A DNA stretch of 63,286 bases, filler included, from Rhabdomonas costata (lineage: Eukaryota): assembly GCA_019059605.1 (NCBI GenBank). It is 37 parts of 37 records of this genome, joined end to end, with 100 filler letters (N's around TTAATTAATTAA, not from the genome) between each part and the next. Parts side by side here need not be neighbours in the genome. Positions count along the whole stretch, not along the records: positions 61,675 to 63,286 come from JAHMHO010011999.1; 36 more parts are not named here. The stretch is one strand, 5' to 3'. Below the pieces are notes generated by a model. The model ran no database searches. It saw only the letters and a list, made by a program, of their open reading frames with translations, and had not been told where the DNA came from. Position 1 is the stretch's first letter. The number at the start of each line of letters is the position of its first letter. Positions 62,827 to 63,286 of the stretch are shown in pieces. A program made the position numbers and the translations under genes.

Positions 62827-63286
62827 CTGCACAGAACAAAATGGATTCCCAACAGAAATGCAGATCCGTGGGAACTAAACACATTCGAAAGCGTCTAAAG
62901 CATAGCCATGCCATCATTAGCAAATTACCGAGAAGATTAAGAAGTAGGAATCTGACACGAGAGCAAAGCCGAACCAGGCCCGGTGTCTTTTGTATTTACA
63001 ATGGGCCTGACGAAACGTTGAGCGGCCGGCCCTTTCACCCTCAGGCCGGTGCCCACCACAAAGGAAAAGTACAGGGCAGCAGGGAGAAAGCTGGACGGAA
63101 ACACGAATTTGAATGCAACGTCAGCCAACACGACGAAAGCATAACAACACCTGCAAAAGCGGGCGGTTGCGTGCCATCTGACGTCCTGCTCGACAGAGCA
63201 GCCGCTGCAAACAATGAGAGGAAAAAAGACCTGCACCACAAAAACCAATTCAATTTGCACTGCAAGCAGAGAAAAAAGCAGCAAAA

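Overview
This is not one locus. It is 37 unrelated contigs of about 1.61 kb each, joined by 100-nt spacers (N44-TTAATTAATTAA-N44), so adjacency across spacers carries no biological meaning. Most contigs come from the nuclear genome of a flagellated eukaryote, with GC-rich exons, GT-AG introns of roughly 0.1-1 kb and decayed transposons. Spliced fragments I can recognise are SRP19, IFT52, INTS9, RBBP6/DWNN, Tex/SRBD1, ABCB and ABCG transporters, an ELO elongase, GT61, an SGNH/PC-esterase, a receiver domain, MORN repeats, a PstS-like domain, galaxin-like di-Cys repeats, an ART-like domain and an intronless OPR/HPR-like helical-repeat protein. Transposon relics include Tc1/mariner, two Merlin copies and a DIRS-type adenine methyltransferase domain. 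Two contigs stand out. (1) 46268-47882 carries a cryptic mitochondrial-type cox2 3' part that the ORF track misses. It is exactly collinear with the CuA motif but has an in-frame TAG and one missing base, and it runs into strand-biased DNA with clustered AACCATGC repeats. This is a candidate for an edited or fragmented mitochondrial genome. (2) 39419-41032 is an AT-rich, intronless, virus-like fibre ORF. G/T-rich contig starts, A/C-rich contig ends and terminal fold-backs point to whole-genome amplification. All family calls are by-eye motif recognition; no database searches were run.
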